A stretch of DNA of 64,000 bases from Paraspadella gotoi. Taxonomy: Eukaryota; Animalia; Chaetognatha. A program made the position numbers and the translations under genes. Positions 21,170 to 35,900 of the stretch are shown here, piece by piece. Where the stretch lies: NCBI GenBank assembly GCA_051294375.1, contig CM119267.1, positions 1,649,080 to 1,713,079 on the forward strand. The letters run 5' to 3'. The notes beneath the pieces are model-generated. The model had not been told where the DNA came from and did no database searches. It worked only from the letters and a program-made list of their open reading frames with translations. Numbering within the stretch: the stretch's first letter is position 1; each line of letters begins with the position of its first letter.

Positions 21170-24100
21170 CTCGTCGTCTTTGTCTTCCTCGTCTTCGTCT
21201 TTCTCTCCGACATCCGGTCGCGTCAAGTGGCTTCGCCCCGCCCGGCGGGAGTCCTGCTGCAGTCGTCATTCGCCGTTGTGGTGTTGAAGACGAGGCTCGT
21301 CCCGATGAGTGGAGGGTAATGATTGAGTGCGTTGGACGTGGTTGGGTGTGGTTGGTAAGTCGCGAATCGTTTCTCTAATGTGGACAAAAAATCCCGACCA
21401 ACGTTCCATCAGCATGGGCATTGGTTGCAGGAGCATAGTCTAAATTTGCCTCCCAACCCAAAAGGTCCGGAGATAGAATAAGCGACCAGGATAGAATTAA
21501 AATAGAATAAGAAAAAAAAATAATACTTGTTAAAATTTATTCCATAAAAAATTTAATTTTTCTTAAATAATAAAAATTACAAAGATTATTGCTATTTTGT
21601 TGGAAGAAGCAGGTGCAAGTTAAGATCTAGTGGGCTGCAGCTAAAATTTATTTTAAATGTTCGTTTTTTTTCTTCACAAAAAGTTGTCCGTCTTGTAGAG
21701 CCCCTCTTAGTAGAAAATACTGGTGAAAGACTAAAAATTTTTAACTGGGACTAGTTCTTTTTGTTTTCAGAAGAAAATATTAAAACCTCTGAGTGCCGTA
21801 TGGTACTTAAAATAAATTTTATTGCTATTTTGTTTTTTAAAAATGCTTCCTCGTTTTTACAGCCCATCTGGATTATTAAGACTAAAACATGTTAACAATT
21901 TTGCCTAGTGAAGATCTAGTGGGTACAAGGGGACAGCAGAGCCAAATTTCTATAGAAAGTAAAGGGAAAAATTGCTTCCATAGTTTAGAAGAAAGTAAGA
22001 TACAAATCCTAGGTTAGGAGATAGTAAAAGTTAAGTAACCCGGAATCTTACCAATTAAACTATCAGCGGTCCCCGCGACGCTCACTTGTTTTCCCCTCTC
22101 TTTAGTTTCTGCTTCTTTCGATTCGCCCCGGCCAACCAAACGGAGATCGTTCCTCAACTACTCCTCTTACGGCGCCGAGTTCGTATTCAACGTCAAAGGT
22201 GAGGAGAAAACAAAGTAGCACTCATCAATCAAACATTAAATGAATCCATACAAATTATAAGCTGACTTATTGATTCAATGGTTAAAATAAGCTAAAAAGT
22301 TATCTTAACATAATAACTTATGACTTATGCTATATATCAATCATATCAGTAAATGACAGAACGCAACATGAATGAATGACATGAATGTATGAACTTCATT
22401 AATGAATAGAAATTGAATGATTTAACGAATGATTCAATCAATAAATCACCCAATCAATCAATCCAATAAAATCAAATCAATCAAATCAATCAAATCAATC
22501 AAATCAATCAAATCAATCCAAATTCAAATCAATCAATCAGGTTTTGAGCGCGGGGTCACGATTTTCTTTTCACTCCTTCGCCTTCCCAAGTGTACCTTCC
22601 CATCGTCATCCTCTTTCTCTTCCTTCGTCGCGAATGGCCTTTATCACACTGGGAACGTGATGCCTTATACGTCATTAAAAAAGGTCGACTTCATGTTATT
22701 ATTTTTTAATTTCCTTAAATAGTTCTTAATGGAGTATACAGTGCTAAGACAAAATAACAATTGTTCGATATTTCGTTATATACGGTGCATCTTTTTACCA
22801 AAACAAGCAGGAGAGTTTAGAGAGAGATAAAAGACTGAGAGAAATAACGACGAGCAGTGTATAGAATGACCCTAAAAGGGGTCGGCCCCGGCACTCCCGT
22901 TACAAGTCATTAAAATACCAGTTCTATGACAGTTATTTACGAACTTCAACTACTTACATACTTACATACAACCCGCCTGCACCTCGCTGCTGCCCGTGAA
23001 AATTCCTGAAAGCTGTTAGCTCTTAAGCAATGACTCGATACTCTTCTCCGTTACAACGACCCAGGTCTCTTGGGCGTGGCTTATGGCCCTGGCGCATGTG
23101 GCACAAACCACCGCGGCGCGAGATCCCTCGTCGCGCCGTCTCCAACGTCTTTCATCATCAGAGCGTACAGCGCCTCTCTGCTCATCCGGTCCCTTTCTCG
23201 GCGACATTGACCCCGATCCGAGATTCCACGCCGTCCTCACTTCCGCATGGCAGACGGTCGCCGGATCGACTCTCGCGCCTACATCGCGTTCGGCGTCGAC
23301 CGCCTCTCATCTTCGCTGCGGCCTCCATCATGATATCCGCGCAGCGCGCCTTGGCAATGGCAAAGGTTTTATTTGGGCGGGGGCGGGCAGGTTGAGGGAG
23401 AGCGAGAACGTTCGGTGGGGGAGATCAAGGTGGGCAGGCTCCGTGAAATTATTTAATCGAATAGTGAAATTCAATTCTTTACAGAAGAAAAAAAAACGAT
23501 TACTCTACGCACACACACAAAAATTTATTCCAATCCATCCCAAAGACTAGAGCGCCACGCATGAAACCCTACCTTTCCACGACCTACTCTACTTACCATA
23601 CCATCGTAAAAAGCCTCCTTCTCCCTATCACTCCTCCATCCTTCATTCCTATCCTTACCCCTACCCTCCTTCATTCCTCTATCGCTTACCCTACCCTCCT
23701 TCATCCTCTATCCTATACCCCTACCCTCCTGTCATCCTCTATCCTTAACCCTACCTCCTCATCCTTCTAGCCCTACTACCTCCTTCACTCTATCCTTACC
23801 CCTACCCTGCCATGCTCCCAAATCGCCCCATTCAGCTTTTTCTACCGGAAACGAAAAGTCCTCGACGACCTCGCCGATCGGTTTGAGGCATATGATTCCA
23901 GCAGTCCCTACGAGCAGACATCCTGGAGGCGCGTCGACGGGCCGCCTCGAACGCGGTGGCGCTCGTCGCCGGCATCGCCGCCAATCTCATAGCCTTCATC
24001 TCTCTAGTCGCCTTCGCCAACGCCGACCTCCTGCAAGTAAGATGTTTTGCTTGTTGTTGTAAGGTCTATCTCCCTGCCTTCTCTTCTGTTCAATCCTTCT

Positions 24101-27100
24101 CCTGGTTTCCTATTCCTTCTTCTTCCTCCTCCTCCTCCTCTTCCCTCCTCCTCCATTCCGACGCACGAGAGTCTTCAATCCTGCCTCCCTCCTCCTCCTT
24201 CGCAGCATACTTCGCGAACTGGTGGAGTCCGCGAGGTCCTCTCGTGACCCAAGAACTCAGCCTCAATCTCGCTCGTCGGCTACCGCCTTCAGCGCCCTTC
24301 GCCTGGCTGATGGGCGTGGCCTGGACCGACTGTCGCCTGGATCGGCGAAACTCGTGGGGCGTTCAAGACGTCGTGCTAACGAAGTCGTCGCCTTGCCTAG
24401 GATTGGGGAAGTTGAAGTCGGACCAGAGATGTGGAACGCAGATGGAGTCTGGGCGGCCTGAGCGGGCTTGGGACTTGGGCTGGGCGATAATTGAGGTGGG
24501 TGGAGAGGAATTTGGAGGAGATATGCTGTGTTTACAATTGATGATGGCTGGAATCTCGAATTAGCTATCTAGCGTCGAAGACTTAGTGCTCAGTCATCCG
24601 CTACTCATTCGGGACGGGCAAAGGGTTGAAAAATAGAAGTTCCACAGCAATATTAGACTTATTGGTAAATGGACTTGTGAGAGGAATATGAAGTTGAAAA
24701 TAGCTTTTAATATTTACTCTGTAGAAGATAATGCACACCGGAGCAACCATATTTCTATATAACAGCTAAATTTTTCCAAAACATTCTGTAGTTTTTTTTT
24801 TACATAGATCTTTGATTAAAGCATTTAAAAATTAGATTAAGGTTATCTATTATTCACTAACTTAATAAGTTAGGCATAAGCGTTATTATTACAGCTTAAA
24901 AGTTAAGATTAGAAGTGTATTGATTACAATGTAAAAGTTAGATTTAAGGTAGTATCATCTTACTTAAATTAGGATGCCCGTTAAAGTAAAGTTAGGATGT
25001 TTATTAAGAAGCGTAATAATTGAAGGTTACAACGGTTGAAGGGAGAAAGTAGTATTAAGGGTGTTATTATATTAATCAACTTAAGAAATAGTTAGCAATT
25101 TACAAAATAGAAGCATTATTATTATACAACTTAAAACAAACGAAACAAAAAAGCACAAACCATTCGCCAATTTTCCTCACCGATTCAGAATACACCTACC
25201 TGGAGACGCGATCTCTGCATCGAGCTGGCGGCTGTCTCCAAGACGTCTCCGTCTCTCTTCTCTCTCTTCAACGACTCCCTCGCTTCCTCTCTCCGCCATT
25301 TCGCTACCATGCGCTCGGAGAGTACCATTCGCGAACCTACCGCCCTCGTAGTGTCGTTTGGATTCTCGTCAAAGACTTTTCCTCCGACGGCGGCTTCATG
25401 ATCGGCGCCCCTCGGCGGGCGCTGGCACCGCGCCCGGGCCCTGCGGTACGTAAGCGCACGATCGTCCCTTCGACCATGATCACTGGGGAACGCTGGTCCT
25501 GCTTTCGTCCACGGCTCAATCGCGGTGGCTGGCTGCTGGGAGAAGGAAGGAGGAGGAGAGGGAAGAGTGGAAATGAGGAGAGTGGTGAGAGAGAGGAGAA
25601 CATGGAGGGACGAGGCGAGAAGGGACCGAGAGGAGGCGAGATGAGGAGGGAGACGAGGGGAGGGTGGAGTGCTGGGAGATTTAGGGTGTGAGACGAGAGG
25701 CTTGAGAGGAGGGAAAGAGGGGAGGGAGAGGGAGACACGACGGGTGAGGCAATAATAGAATTTGCTATGTTCGTTGTGAAGATTAAAGTCCACAGCAAAG
25801 GACGAAGATGGTGGTCCATTCGGAACTAAATTTATTGACTAAATTTTTACATAAAGGAAAAAACGTCAACCGGGATTCCGGTGAAAACGGTATTCAAAGA
25901 GGAGGAGATTCTGGAAACTAAGGTATCTGAGAAGTAGAGTCGTCAGCGGATGCAGGATTGGTAGTGGAACTTATACTCTGCGAGGAGAGTCTTCTTTCTT
26001 CGTCGATGCTCCTCTTCTCTCTTCCCTCCTTCTCGTCCCCCGAATTGAGGGAGAGGTGAGGGAACGCTTCTGGCTGAACGTAGCATATTCATCAATGAAG
26101 CTGAAGAAATGGAATCCGTGGAACTTTCTCTCTCTGCAAGTTTACTACTTTCTCGTCATTCTTCCCTCCTCCATTACGGTTAAGCTACATATAGCCACTC
26201 GAATGTTGTATACATCGTCCCTCTGGGTCGGCCAAAGAGACTGCCGTCACCTTCTATTCTAGTACAGTTCACAAAAGTCCTTATCCTTCGGTTTTTTTTC
26301 TTATGCCTAGTGCTCCGGTTCGCTGGTTTGGTTTATAAGTTAAAGAATATTAACCCCAGGTATAGAACTACCGGAGCAGGTCTTGAAGTTACAAACAATC
26401 GCATATCTTATATTTTTAACAAATATATCAAAAACAAATACTCCATTAGAATTTCAGCTTAACCTTATACAAGTCCTCGACTTTCCTTGTGTTTCTCACA
26501 AGTCACTCTGTCTCAATTATGGAAGCGCGATCATCCTGTTCTCCATCCGATTGCGCAGATCACCCCACCTCCGCCTTTCCTGCTTGAATGTAGGAGCTGC
26601 TTTCTCCGCTCCAGCAGGTTCTATCTCATTTCCGGCCACGAGAGCTCCTCAGAAATACAAACCAGAGAGTCCACCCATAGACGAGTTTATATTTCACGCA
26701 ATTCCTTGAAAATGGCACCCAAAAAATCACAGACCTCGCCCCACACCCAGCCCTTCCCTGCCCCACCGCTGAGATTCACCACCCGGCCAACCCTACGACA
26801 CGCACGCCCCGTTACACCCACCAACCTACACCCAAATTTGTACCGCCCGCGACTCGTGCCGGAGAAGACTTCCTCCCTTTACCGTCAGAGTGCCCCATCC
26901 CCTTTCCCGCCGCATCCCGCGCCACCTAACGCGGACCTGGCAGCCCGAGGAATACCCGGCCCCCGCCATGAGGCCGGCCGCGAGCGCGCTCAGGCTGGCC
27001 ACGTGCTGAGTCCGAGTGAGAGCAATTTGTTTAGTATAAGTGTTGCCAATTCGGCATGAACGTATTTTATTGCCATGAACTGAGAAATGGAAATCTCGAG

Positions 27101-30100
27101 TATTGCACCTGAATTCTTTTTATGATGGCGATTGAATTTGGGGCATTTGGATGAGATGGGCATACTTTTTTTATAGGTTAAGAGAAATAAAATGAGGATT
27201 ATGATGCATGGATGATTGTAAGAATAGTAAAATTCCAGAGAAAATAGATTCGGTGCAGATCAGATATATGCTTAATATCGCTTGGGGTATAGAGCTTCGG
27301 ATTTCTGGGGGAGAAGATTTGGTTGTACAAAAATTGGATGGTAGGCCGCAACAAACAAAGCAGAACACAAGAACGATATGCTTTAGATTTGTGGTGCTTC
27401 TAGATGCAATGACATCATCAATGCAAATGTAAGGTAAAATAAAAAAACTTCAGAATAATTATGGTTCTTACTGTGTCTGTATGAACTAATTAAACTCTGC
27501 AGATAAGTTCCGATCTAACCGGATCGATAAATTTTGGTTTATTTCGCCTCTGCTATTACCAGATAGTTTCAATCTTTAACGTAAGTACAAAGTGACCACG
27601 AAATAGACTATCAATATATATGGTTAATTTGAAACTATTTTTAATTTAGTATTATTTCTTCTATACACGTTTTATCTATGTTATAGTTAATATTTTAAAT
27701 CATTAAGCCATTTAACTATGTGTGATATAAAATTAAAGCTGAAGTGTCAGCTAGTAAATAATAAACTTATTAGCACAAGTAACTTTTAATCAGGGAGGTT
27801 TTGAGTGTTTTCCCTCTGTTGATATTTTACTTTTTTTTTTCCGTACACATTCACCGAGACGAATTCAAGGAATCACAATCAAAGATTCATTGGGATCGTT
27901 TATTAATAATTCTGTATAGTCTCTCAGAGAAGTGAGGATGAAATTATATTTTAGAGTTAGCAAGCTTTTCTCTTTATTATATTCTTTATTGTTGTGATTC
28001 CATTGTCAGAGTACAAGGACTCTGTACCGTTAAACGAGGGCCGGGAATGTGACGTCGACCAATGGTCGCCAATGGTTTAATCTCAACCAAGTGATCTCAA
28101 GACCGTCTGGCTTGGAGGTTACTATGACGACCTGGCAGACCAACATAGTCGGCGGGCAAAATGCAATTTTTGCAAATTAACTTCGGCTAAAGTCCAAAGA
28201 TTAATAATACTATGTGAATACTTCGCATGTTATGGTTATTCAATTTTAATAATGATAAATGTTCCACGGCATCCAAGATAGCTGTGCAGATCTTTTTGAG
28301 ATCTCAATTGATACTGAACTTAAGCTGGTTTACTTTTTAATTCAGTTTTAAATTGATTTTAATGTAATTGTGTGTGAGAAAAATGCCAACAGAAGGACCC
28401 GCGCGCAGTTGAAAGGAAGAAATTTCGGAGTTCGTGGTGCTCTGGCGTCACGTTTCGAGAGGTTGTCATATTTACCGTCGGTCATCGGGCATAGATAGTA
28501 TCGTCTTACGACGTCGTCATTGTCATCGTCTATCATCTTCGCATAACAGGATCGTCGGCCACTCTCCTCCTCAAGATTTCAACACCAACCGGAAGCTCAA
28601 CCTTCGCTCGCTGGTGCATGCCATGAGTCATTGGCGCAGTGCAATGGGGCAATTAACCTGGTGGCAGTCGCAACAACAGTCCGAAATACTATATACACCT
28701 ATAACTGAACAGTCTAATCGTACGCAATCAATCGAGTGCTGAGTTAACGTTTTTCTGTGGGAGAGATAGAAAATTTTCTGGGAGTGAATGTGGAGCTGCG
28801 AATTATCCAAGTATGATTTGGTGATTTTACTACGAAGTTGTAAATTCGTGAAGAGAATAAAAATTTTCCCCCCCCCCGTTATCTCGCATTACTGAATCGA
28901 GATGCTATGTACCGAGAAAAGTAACCGAGTGGGAAAAGCTCCTATCGCCCATAAGAGCCGGATGACAATAAGATATCTTCATATGGAGTCAGCCACGGAC
29001 CGCATGTACAGTTACTGAATGGACCGATGACGCTCACTCGAACGAGCAGATTCGCAACATATGTCGAAAGTTCCGTTAGTCCGGTAACTACCTCCGGAGA
29101 AACTCGACGGAAGGAAACGACGACGAACGCGAGCATAGCAGACGTAGCGGCTCACGGTTTGATCGGAAGAAAGATGTGTGCCACGACTCACGCGAGATGA
29201 GCACGTAGAAGATTGACGGCTCACGCTGTGAGAAGACAATCCGAAGAGCTCCTTCTACTTTCTGCGAAAGCTCTGTGTATTTTTTATAGGTTCGGGCACT
29301 TATTTGATCCATTCTCCCTAAGGGACATACACTCGTCGTCGCAGAGTACGTCATCTGGCATCGAGGAAGACGAAGCGCTCGAAGGTCGAAGAGCCTAGGA
29401 AAAGTATGGTACAGAGGATCACGTTCCCAAGAAAAACGCGATTGACAAAGATAGTTACGAAAAGGCAACCCGATCAAGACAAAATGCTTTAGTTCAGTCT
29501 TGCCACAAAGCTTGGCTGCAAAAAATCATTACATCCTGGAACTCTTTAAGTGATATATCTCCTTTTTTGCAACTGCTAATTGGCCATCGTGTAGATTTTG
29601 AGGTCCAAGTTATTCTCTTTGATTTTTTCGCTGAATTCAATTTCCTCACGTGCTATTATATTTTCTTCTTTCCAATATTTAGCAAACAATGTCGGAATCT
29701 GGAAACTTTCTCATTTTGATTTCTTTTTACATTGCTATCGAAAATTAATATCGTCTGACCTGATTATGCAAATCTGTATTTTTGTTTGCTCGATATTTTA
29801 TCTTCGGAAATCTAGACATTTATTCTCACAGATTCTCTTTTATTTATTTGCGGACAGATTCCATGTTGCGCATACACATCAGTTTTAATTATTTCTTGTA
29901 GCATTCGGCACTAAATTTCAGTGCAGCTATCGATATTGAGCGAGTACCCGAAACAATACTGGCTTTTACTGCTGCGCTCAAACAACAAGCAAACAAGAAA
30001 AATGCTTGGAATAAAATATCCTAGCCTTCTAATAATGTAGAGCTCGATCCAGAGCCGGCAACGCATACTTCGGACATCCCGCCTCTACACGAAAATTTTT

Positions 30101-32900
30101 CAAACACCTCTGACACTGGGGAAATTGGACCGTCACAGCGCCCTTATTTAAACGGAGCACACCAAGAGTTTACTGTTCATTAGATCTCTAGGAGGGATCG
30201 AATTTAAATGAAAGGTAATAAAATTTTTTACTTCCATGTTATTGTATCAGGCAGTTTAGTTTCGCCGCCCTATAAAGCTAACGGGCTGGCATCTTATTTG
30301 GAATATGTGAGACTTCTTCTCCCTCTCTCTACTCTGGACATCGTCTCTCTCTCTTCGATCCTTTTTTTTCCTCCTACTTCTCATTTCTCTCTCTCTCTTC
30401 TCTGTCCTCATGCATTCCTCCATTTACTAACTTATCATGCTTCGTTTAGCCGGCGCACCTCTTCCTCCTCTACTCTCTCGCAACTATATCCCCTCTGGAC
30501 TATTCTCCCTTGCGCGTACATCCTTGTCGTCTGCAACATCTTCCAACCACTCTGGCGAATTACCGGTACATGGCAGGCATAACAAGGAGAGAATGGACCG
30601 ACTGCGTCAGTTTCCTGTGGTAGTAATAAGCGACATAATCTGTCATGACCAGAGTGCGACCAAAAGATGCCCGGCGCGTTTGTCATGATTCCTATGGTGC
30701 TCTAGACCCGCTCGACACGAACTGGGGGATCAGGAAATAACTGGGCGGACTTTATGGATCAAATTTAAAACAACTGCTCGCTTCGTCATGAGGTTCATTT
30801 TTTCCTTGTTTTCTCTCTGCGGATTTTTTTCGGGCCCCATAGATTTGTCTCCTCTCCCTTATCTCATAAAGAGTCACTGAATGTCCATTATAAATGATCT
30901 ATATGAACCGACGAAATATTTTTTTTTTCTTCTCCAGGTGATTGGCACTGTTTTACGGAGATGTTTAATTTCTCGGCTTGTAGCCTGCGTCTAGTTGCCC
31001 CGCCCGTATTTTAATTTTTGTGATGGAAGTCGCGTAACCAACTTTTATAAACTTTTTTAGATAATAACGGCCAGTTCTTATTTAGGTATTATACAAATGT
31101 GTAACTTCGATTCTCGCGAGCACCGGAGTTATGACGAATACTCTTACTGGGGAGCTAAACTGCAGCCTCATTCGAGGTAAAGTAGTCAAATTCAAAAACT
31201 GTCCATTATTGGCTGTAAGCCAGATATATCTTTCTCGAAGCTAGCCCGATTATCGACGTTTGAGTTTCGCCTGTTTTTGGAATGCCTTTAACGTAACAAG
31301 GTATAACTACAAGAAATGAGTTATTATCGTCTTCCTCTTATATAGTTACGTTGCCTGTTAGAGAAAGTGTTTCCAAGCAGGGTATCATCGAATGTAGTTC
31401 TTCTTACATGAATGTTTTTATGATAATTGACCCACGATTCTGGATAAAATCTCTACTTTAATCAATTTTCAGCTTGTGTTTCTTCTCTAAACTGTCAAAA
31501 CCGAAGATTATAAGGTCATCTCTGATACATAATACGAAGGGAACAACAACGTTTCAGCAATTTTTTTTCCTTAGAACTATAGCGCCGGATATATTCGCCA
31601 CGGAAGGTCGCCACTGTTCTTCTCTCACTTATCGACCCGAACCGATGTGCTCTGCACGGTGGTCGCTGACAAACGTGCAGTCGCATCGGTTACGAGAGGG
31701 CACCTGTCCTCGCTACAGAACGCCCCCGCTCCCTCCAACCGCAAGAAGACAGCGTTACGGAATACATTAATCTTTTCGACGGTACGGTTCGACATCAAGG
31801 CATTTTGAACAGCTGTTGTGAGCAACGCCCATACAGTTGCGCAGTGATGACCCCTGGCGCCACTCGCTATACAGGTAAAGCCAATAACTATTCTTCGGGT
31901 ATATTGAACACTTTTAAAAACAGTTAATGCTTTTTTCTAAAGGATCCTTGCCATCTGTTGAACCCATAAGCGGGTCCGTCTTCCGAGAGTTTCTCGAATT
32001 CTTTCACGACGTACGCTTTCTTTCCAAAACTCCCGCAGGTAAAACTGTCCTTCCGAAATGCTGGATATGAATCCGATAATTTTACATCAGTTCCTATCTT
32101 AGTTGTCCCCCAACCGATTCCGGCCCTACTAAACACCTCTCTCAACAATGCTTTAAAACGCGCTTCCCACTTGCAATTCACTCGTCTAAAACGTCACTGG
32201 CCACGCTCGAGATATTTCTATCACGTTTAAACTCGGCCGAGGCGTAGCAAGCTTCAAGGAAAAGCTTTCGCGTGCCCTCCACCCATTTTGTTCTATGCTC
32301 CCTCCCTTGTCCAATGTTCTCTTAACTTTGTCGCCGCGCAGCCGTCCGAAGTTCGGGTGCCTCAAATCTTCCGGGATCTCAAATCTCCCCTCGGCCCTAA
32401 ATACCACCGACACGTTGCGGAACAATTCTCACCTTCTTCTTTTTGTTCCAAAAACTTATATTATAAAAATAGTACTCGCCTGAATACTTTTACTCTTGCA
32501 TCAACCAACAAATTTACAGAATTCTCCGCTCATTAAACAACTACGTACACATCATCTTTACCAGGAGCAGCGTCATGACGATCGCGAAACAAGCGGCCCG
32601 CCTAACAGGCATGGGCCCGCAGGTCAGTTCGTCGCTATCGACCCCGGCAACGGAAAGATGCCTTTATAGGCTGAGGATTAGGCACGCTGCCATATGGGCA
32701 CCGGGCCCCGTGTCCCTCTCCGCCATCCGAACAAAAACGGGCAATACTTTGCCGCCTCCATCGAAACTTGACTAAGATTGCTACCCAACCCTCTCCGGTC
32801 TCTTCTCCTCTTCGGTCCGGCTCTCGTCTCTCGTCTCTCTCGTCTCTGCTACTGCGTCTCTCTCTCGTCTCTGCTTCTCTCTGCGTCTCTCTCTGCTTTC
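21170..32900 (+). other. Second, progressively degraded direct copy of ~14045-21170 (CNT exons 3'-half of 3 to 9 plus downstream); probable gap-fill artefact
   Basis: Introns and microsatellites match copy 1 (e.g. 22429-22540 = 15209-15320); differences are mostly single-base insertions that increase along the copy; begins mid-exon at a (CT)n tract and ends at a 25-N gap. Confidence 0.85.
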
Positions 32901-32925
32901 NNNNNNNNNNNNNNNNNNNNNNNNN

Positions 32926-35900
32926 GTCTCTCTCTCTCTCTCCTCACTCTGCTTCTTCTCTCTCTCTCATCTCTCGCCTCTCTCTCTCTCTCTCCTTTCG
33001 CTATCGAGCGTTATCTACTGTCATGCTCACTTTCGTGCGGCTCTCTGTATATGTCGTTCCTCATCGTCGTGGTTCGCTGCAGAGGCGTGCGTACTGCTTT
33101 TATTTCTGACTTGGAATCATACGAGCAGCATGCTGAGTATTGTGTCCTGCTCAGTCGCCTTCTCTCAGATCCTCTCGTATAGAGAGAGCAATGTTTCAGT
33201 ATACAGATTGTAGCCGGACTCCCCATTCTTTGCTCGCTTTCCGTCCAGGTAGAGAAAGGAGCGCTGCAGTTATAGCTAATCGATCCCGCTCAGTGCAATG
33301 GATGCAGTACTGCAGTTAGCGAGAGAAGGAGCGTGAGATCGCTATGAGAGCTGTCGCGAACAGAGTGACGTAGTAAGATGTGCGCTGAAACGCGGTGTCA
33401 GATGTTGACTGCCGCCAAGGTGGACTCAGGGCGCAGGCAGAACTGATTGCGAGGAGCGTGTGACGCTGGAGGTCTGTGGTGCGTGGGAGGCCGGATATGG
33501 GGGAGACAGACGATCGAAGGATGATGAAGGTATGAATCGTACAGACGCGTGTCGACGACGAGTACAGATTAGCGATGAACGGACACTAGACAACGACGAC
33601 GAGCAAAGACGAACTCGAGGAATATGTACCTTTAGTTCACAACTGTGTCTTTTTGTTTCACAAAACTCCGCTTAGTTCATTAATGACTCAAACAGATGAC
33701 GTCTTGGATCGTGATTTAAAAATTAACAAAAGAACGTGTCGTTTCTTTTTAAAATATTTGAATTCGCGATTATTTGTAAACGGTTGATCTTTTATAACTG
33801 CGACTCATGGCCCTCGACCCGTCTCATTAAAAATAAATCTAATCTAAAAATTTAATTTCTCTCACTTTGAGAGACTATAATAAATAATAACTAGAATTTT
33901 GATTGTATTTTGGGTGAAAAAAAAAATTCGTGCAAAAACTCTCTCTTTTATCCGTTTGCTGTTGGTAAGAAGTAAGGAAGGAACGGATGAGTAATGAAGA
34001 TGACTGTACATTAAGATAGTAATTGTTGTCTTTGCATGTTAAACGCATTGTTGGTCTAGGAAGGGGGAGGGATGCTTTTCTATGTTTAACTTGAGATTAG
34101 AGGAGGATGTTGAAGAAATGAACCGGATGCTGTTGATGAGGTATCATACGTGAAAACTGCGAGATAGAGAGCTTAGATGATTATCTGAGATAGTTCATAA
34201 CAGTAACCATTCGAAGTGATTTTATTGATAACAGGTTGTACTATTGAGAGCGTGTCCTTAGGGACTGAGCGCACGCAGGAACTCAAGGTCTAGATTTTGG
34301 CGCAAGTTGATAGGTGTTTAGTCGATCGTAGTGGTAAGGACCGTAAGGGGTCGTAGAATATCTACAGGTAGAAATGATGTCGTTCAGTCTTCCTCAGAGT
34401 GAGACCATGATTCCAAGGCTAAGGAGTTCGGCGCGTTTTTGTCATCGATATCTCATTGCAGCCTTCATCCATGCGGAAGATGGCGTCAGCTGCATGAGCC
34501 TGAGTGTATCTTCACTGATCTCCATCCTACTCAGTTCATCAGTTCATAGACAGTCAATCGATCACTAAGTTCATACATGCATGCTGATGCTATCGATCCA
34601 TCTCGATGTGTTATTCGTCGCCTCGACTAGAGAGCGCAGCCTGATGGACAGGACGCCAGGGAGTCTTCGAGAGGCCGCCGTGCGGGCTCGAGGCTCAAGT
34701 GCGACGCACGGTGTGCTGGGGCTGGCCACCAAGGCTCCGCGATGCACGGTGGCCTGCTGTGATCCAGAGGTAAAGGGGGATCGGGAGTGCTTGGGTAAGC
34801 GGGAGGACGGGAAGTCTTCTTGAGCAGGAGGTGCCGAGCGGCAGTGGATAAGGTGATGGTGGAAGCGGGGCGGGCAGGCGCGAGTATCGGATGGTGGATA
34901 GCTATCACGGGAGAGGGAGTGGATGTGTGTATCATGTGAAGGTGGGGATCGTGAATGTGGTGTAGTGCTCGAGGTGATTTCATATAAGTGAATACATATA
35001 TAGAAGCTATTGACTCCGATGTATTTGAAGCTACACCTTTGTGCATATTGAATGACGGATGTACGACGTGCGTATATAATAAAGTGATGAGACAGATGCT
35101 ATGACCATGTCAGGGTATCTCTCCAAACGAAAAGAGATGTTCAATTAGACAATGGATTAATGAAAAAAGGAAAAAAATTAATCATAAGTTGACAATGAAG
35201 ATAATTTTTTGTTATGAGTCATATATGCTTAGTTAAAATAACACTATGACCGAGTTCACATCAGTCAGAGAGGTGGATTATTATAGCCACCGAGAGCAGC
35301 GATAAAAAAAAAAACCAAGTAAATTGTAGACGAGCACTGAACTAATAACTTGAGAGAGACTGATATATGTGAAACAAACTTCGTGTCTCGTTTTGCATCA
35401 AGTGAATGAAGAAGAATGAACAGAGCAGTGATAGAACTGCGAGGCGAAGTGAGTCCCTTCACGGCATTAACTCCGTTTTCTATCATCTCTTCCCTCCCTC
35501 TACCCTTCGAGGACACCACTGTCCCTCTCTCGCAATTCCCTGTTCCTCCTGCCCTTCGCTCTCGATCTCATTCCACGATGACTTCATGCCGTGAGTCACC
35601 AGGTGTGCCTCTCACAGTAGTAGAGAGGAATACAGATCCCAATCCAGCCTCCTCACTCCCTCTACCCTCGCGCTCATTGTACCCGCTCAACTCTCGATCC
35701 CTCTCGGTCTCACACCCATAAGTCCTGCTCCTACGCGCACTTCACACTCGTCGAACCCGCTCTGACATCATACTCCCTGCCCTCTTTCGTTCACGCTCTA
35801 TACCCTCTTCTCTCCCACTCTAACTCGCCTCGGCGAGCTGTAAGTCACTCCGTCCTCTCTCGCCATCTCTCATCCTCCCTCTCCGATATAGTGCGCGATC

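Noticed and set aside
28770-32900. Horizontally acquired or viral insert, or sequencing control/adapter sequence
   Set aside because: It contains ordered remnants of the neighbouring 20100-21170 sequence; no intact SMRTbell adapter or coherent ORF was seen.
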